NCBI GenBank assembly: GCA_002269645.1
Contig: NIVC01000753.1
Span: forward strand, 366,979 to 430,978
Length of the DNA: 64,000 bases
Reading direction: 5' to 3'
From: Macrostomum lignano
Lineage: Eukaryota
A program made the translations under genes and the position numbers. Each line of letters starts with the position of its first letter. The first letter of the stretch is position 1. Below are positions 63,840 through 64,000 of this stretch, piece by piece. Below the pieces are notes generated by a model. It searched no databases. It was not told where the DNA came from and saw nothing but the letters and a program-made list of their open reading frames with translations.

Positions 63840-64000
63840 CACGTTGCGTAAAAGATATTTAGCGTGCACTTGGAATTTCAGACTGCGTGCACATGGAATT
63901 TCAGACTGCGTGCACATGAAATTTCGGACTCTGCCATTTTTTTGGGCCTGTACTTACTATGTATTTCGCCATAAGGAAATCGGCTTTGTGTCAAAAAAAA
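63840..64000 (-). repeat. Right terminal inverted repeat (runs off the window), with extra tandem copies of a ~24-nt GTGCACGCAGTCTGAAATT unit
   Basis: Reverse complement of 49304-49412. Confidence 0.95.

Larger units (their letters stand above)
49293..64000 (-). mobile_element. Polinton/Maverick-type endogenous viral element (~14.7 kb); right end just beyond the window; pPolB internally deleted
   Basis: Matching TIRs; AGTAGT terminus; protease, MCP, penton, ATPase, integrase and pPolB remnants in one compact AT-rich block. Confidence 0.95.

Overview
Repeat-rich metazoan genomic DNA with GT-AG introns, probably a free-living flatworm such as Macrostomum (inference only, from GC-rich coding style, dense minisatellites and a Penelope element). 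Bases 1-49292 are host sequence. They contain the 3' end of a collagen IV-like gene, a 5'-truncated Penelope-like retroelement with a hammerhead-like motif, two tandem paralogous 9-exon genes with PH + Pro/Tyr-rich linker + three SH2-like domains, an SRSF1-like gene, three LITAF genes with intronless coding regions, an M6PR/ATG27-like gene, a decayed Ty3/Gypsy fragment, SINEs/MITEs and many minisatellites. Bases 49293-64000 are a ~14.7-kb Polinton/Maverick-type endogenous virus bounded by terminal inverted repeats (left end AGTAGT; right end predicted about 11 nt past the window). All its genes lie on the minus strand: protease, major capsid protein (one frameshift), basic core proteins, chromodomain-bearing integrase, penton, packaging ATPase, PLA2-like protein and dUTPase. 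It also carries a pPolB gene whose catalytic core is deleted. Most unusually, it encodes a TBP-like protein and an intron-containing probable gp2.5/NCLDV-type single-stranded DNA-binding protein. All family assignments come from motif recognition by eye; no database searches were run.
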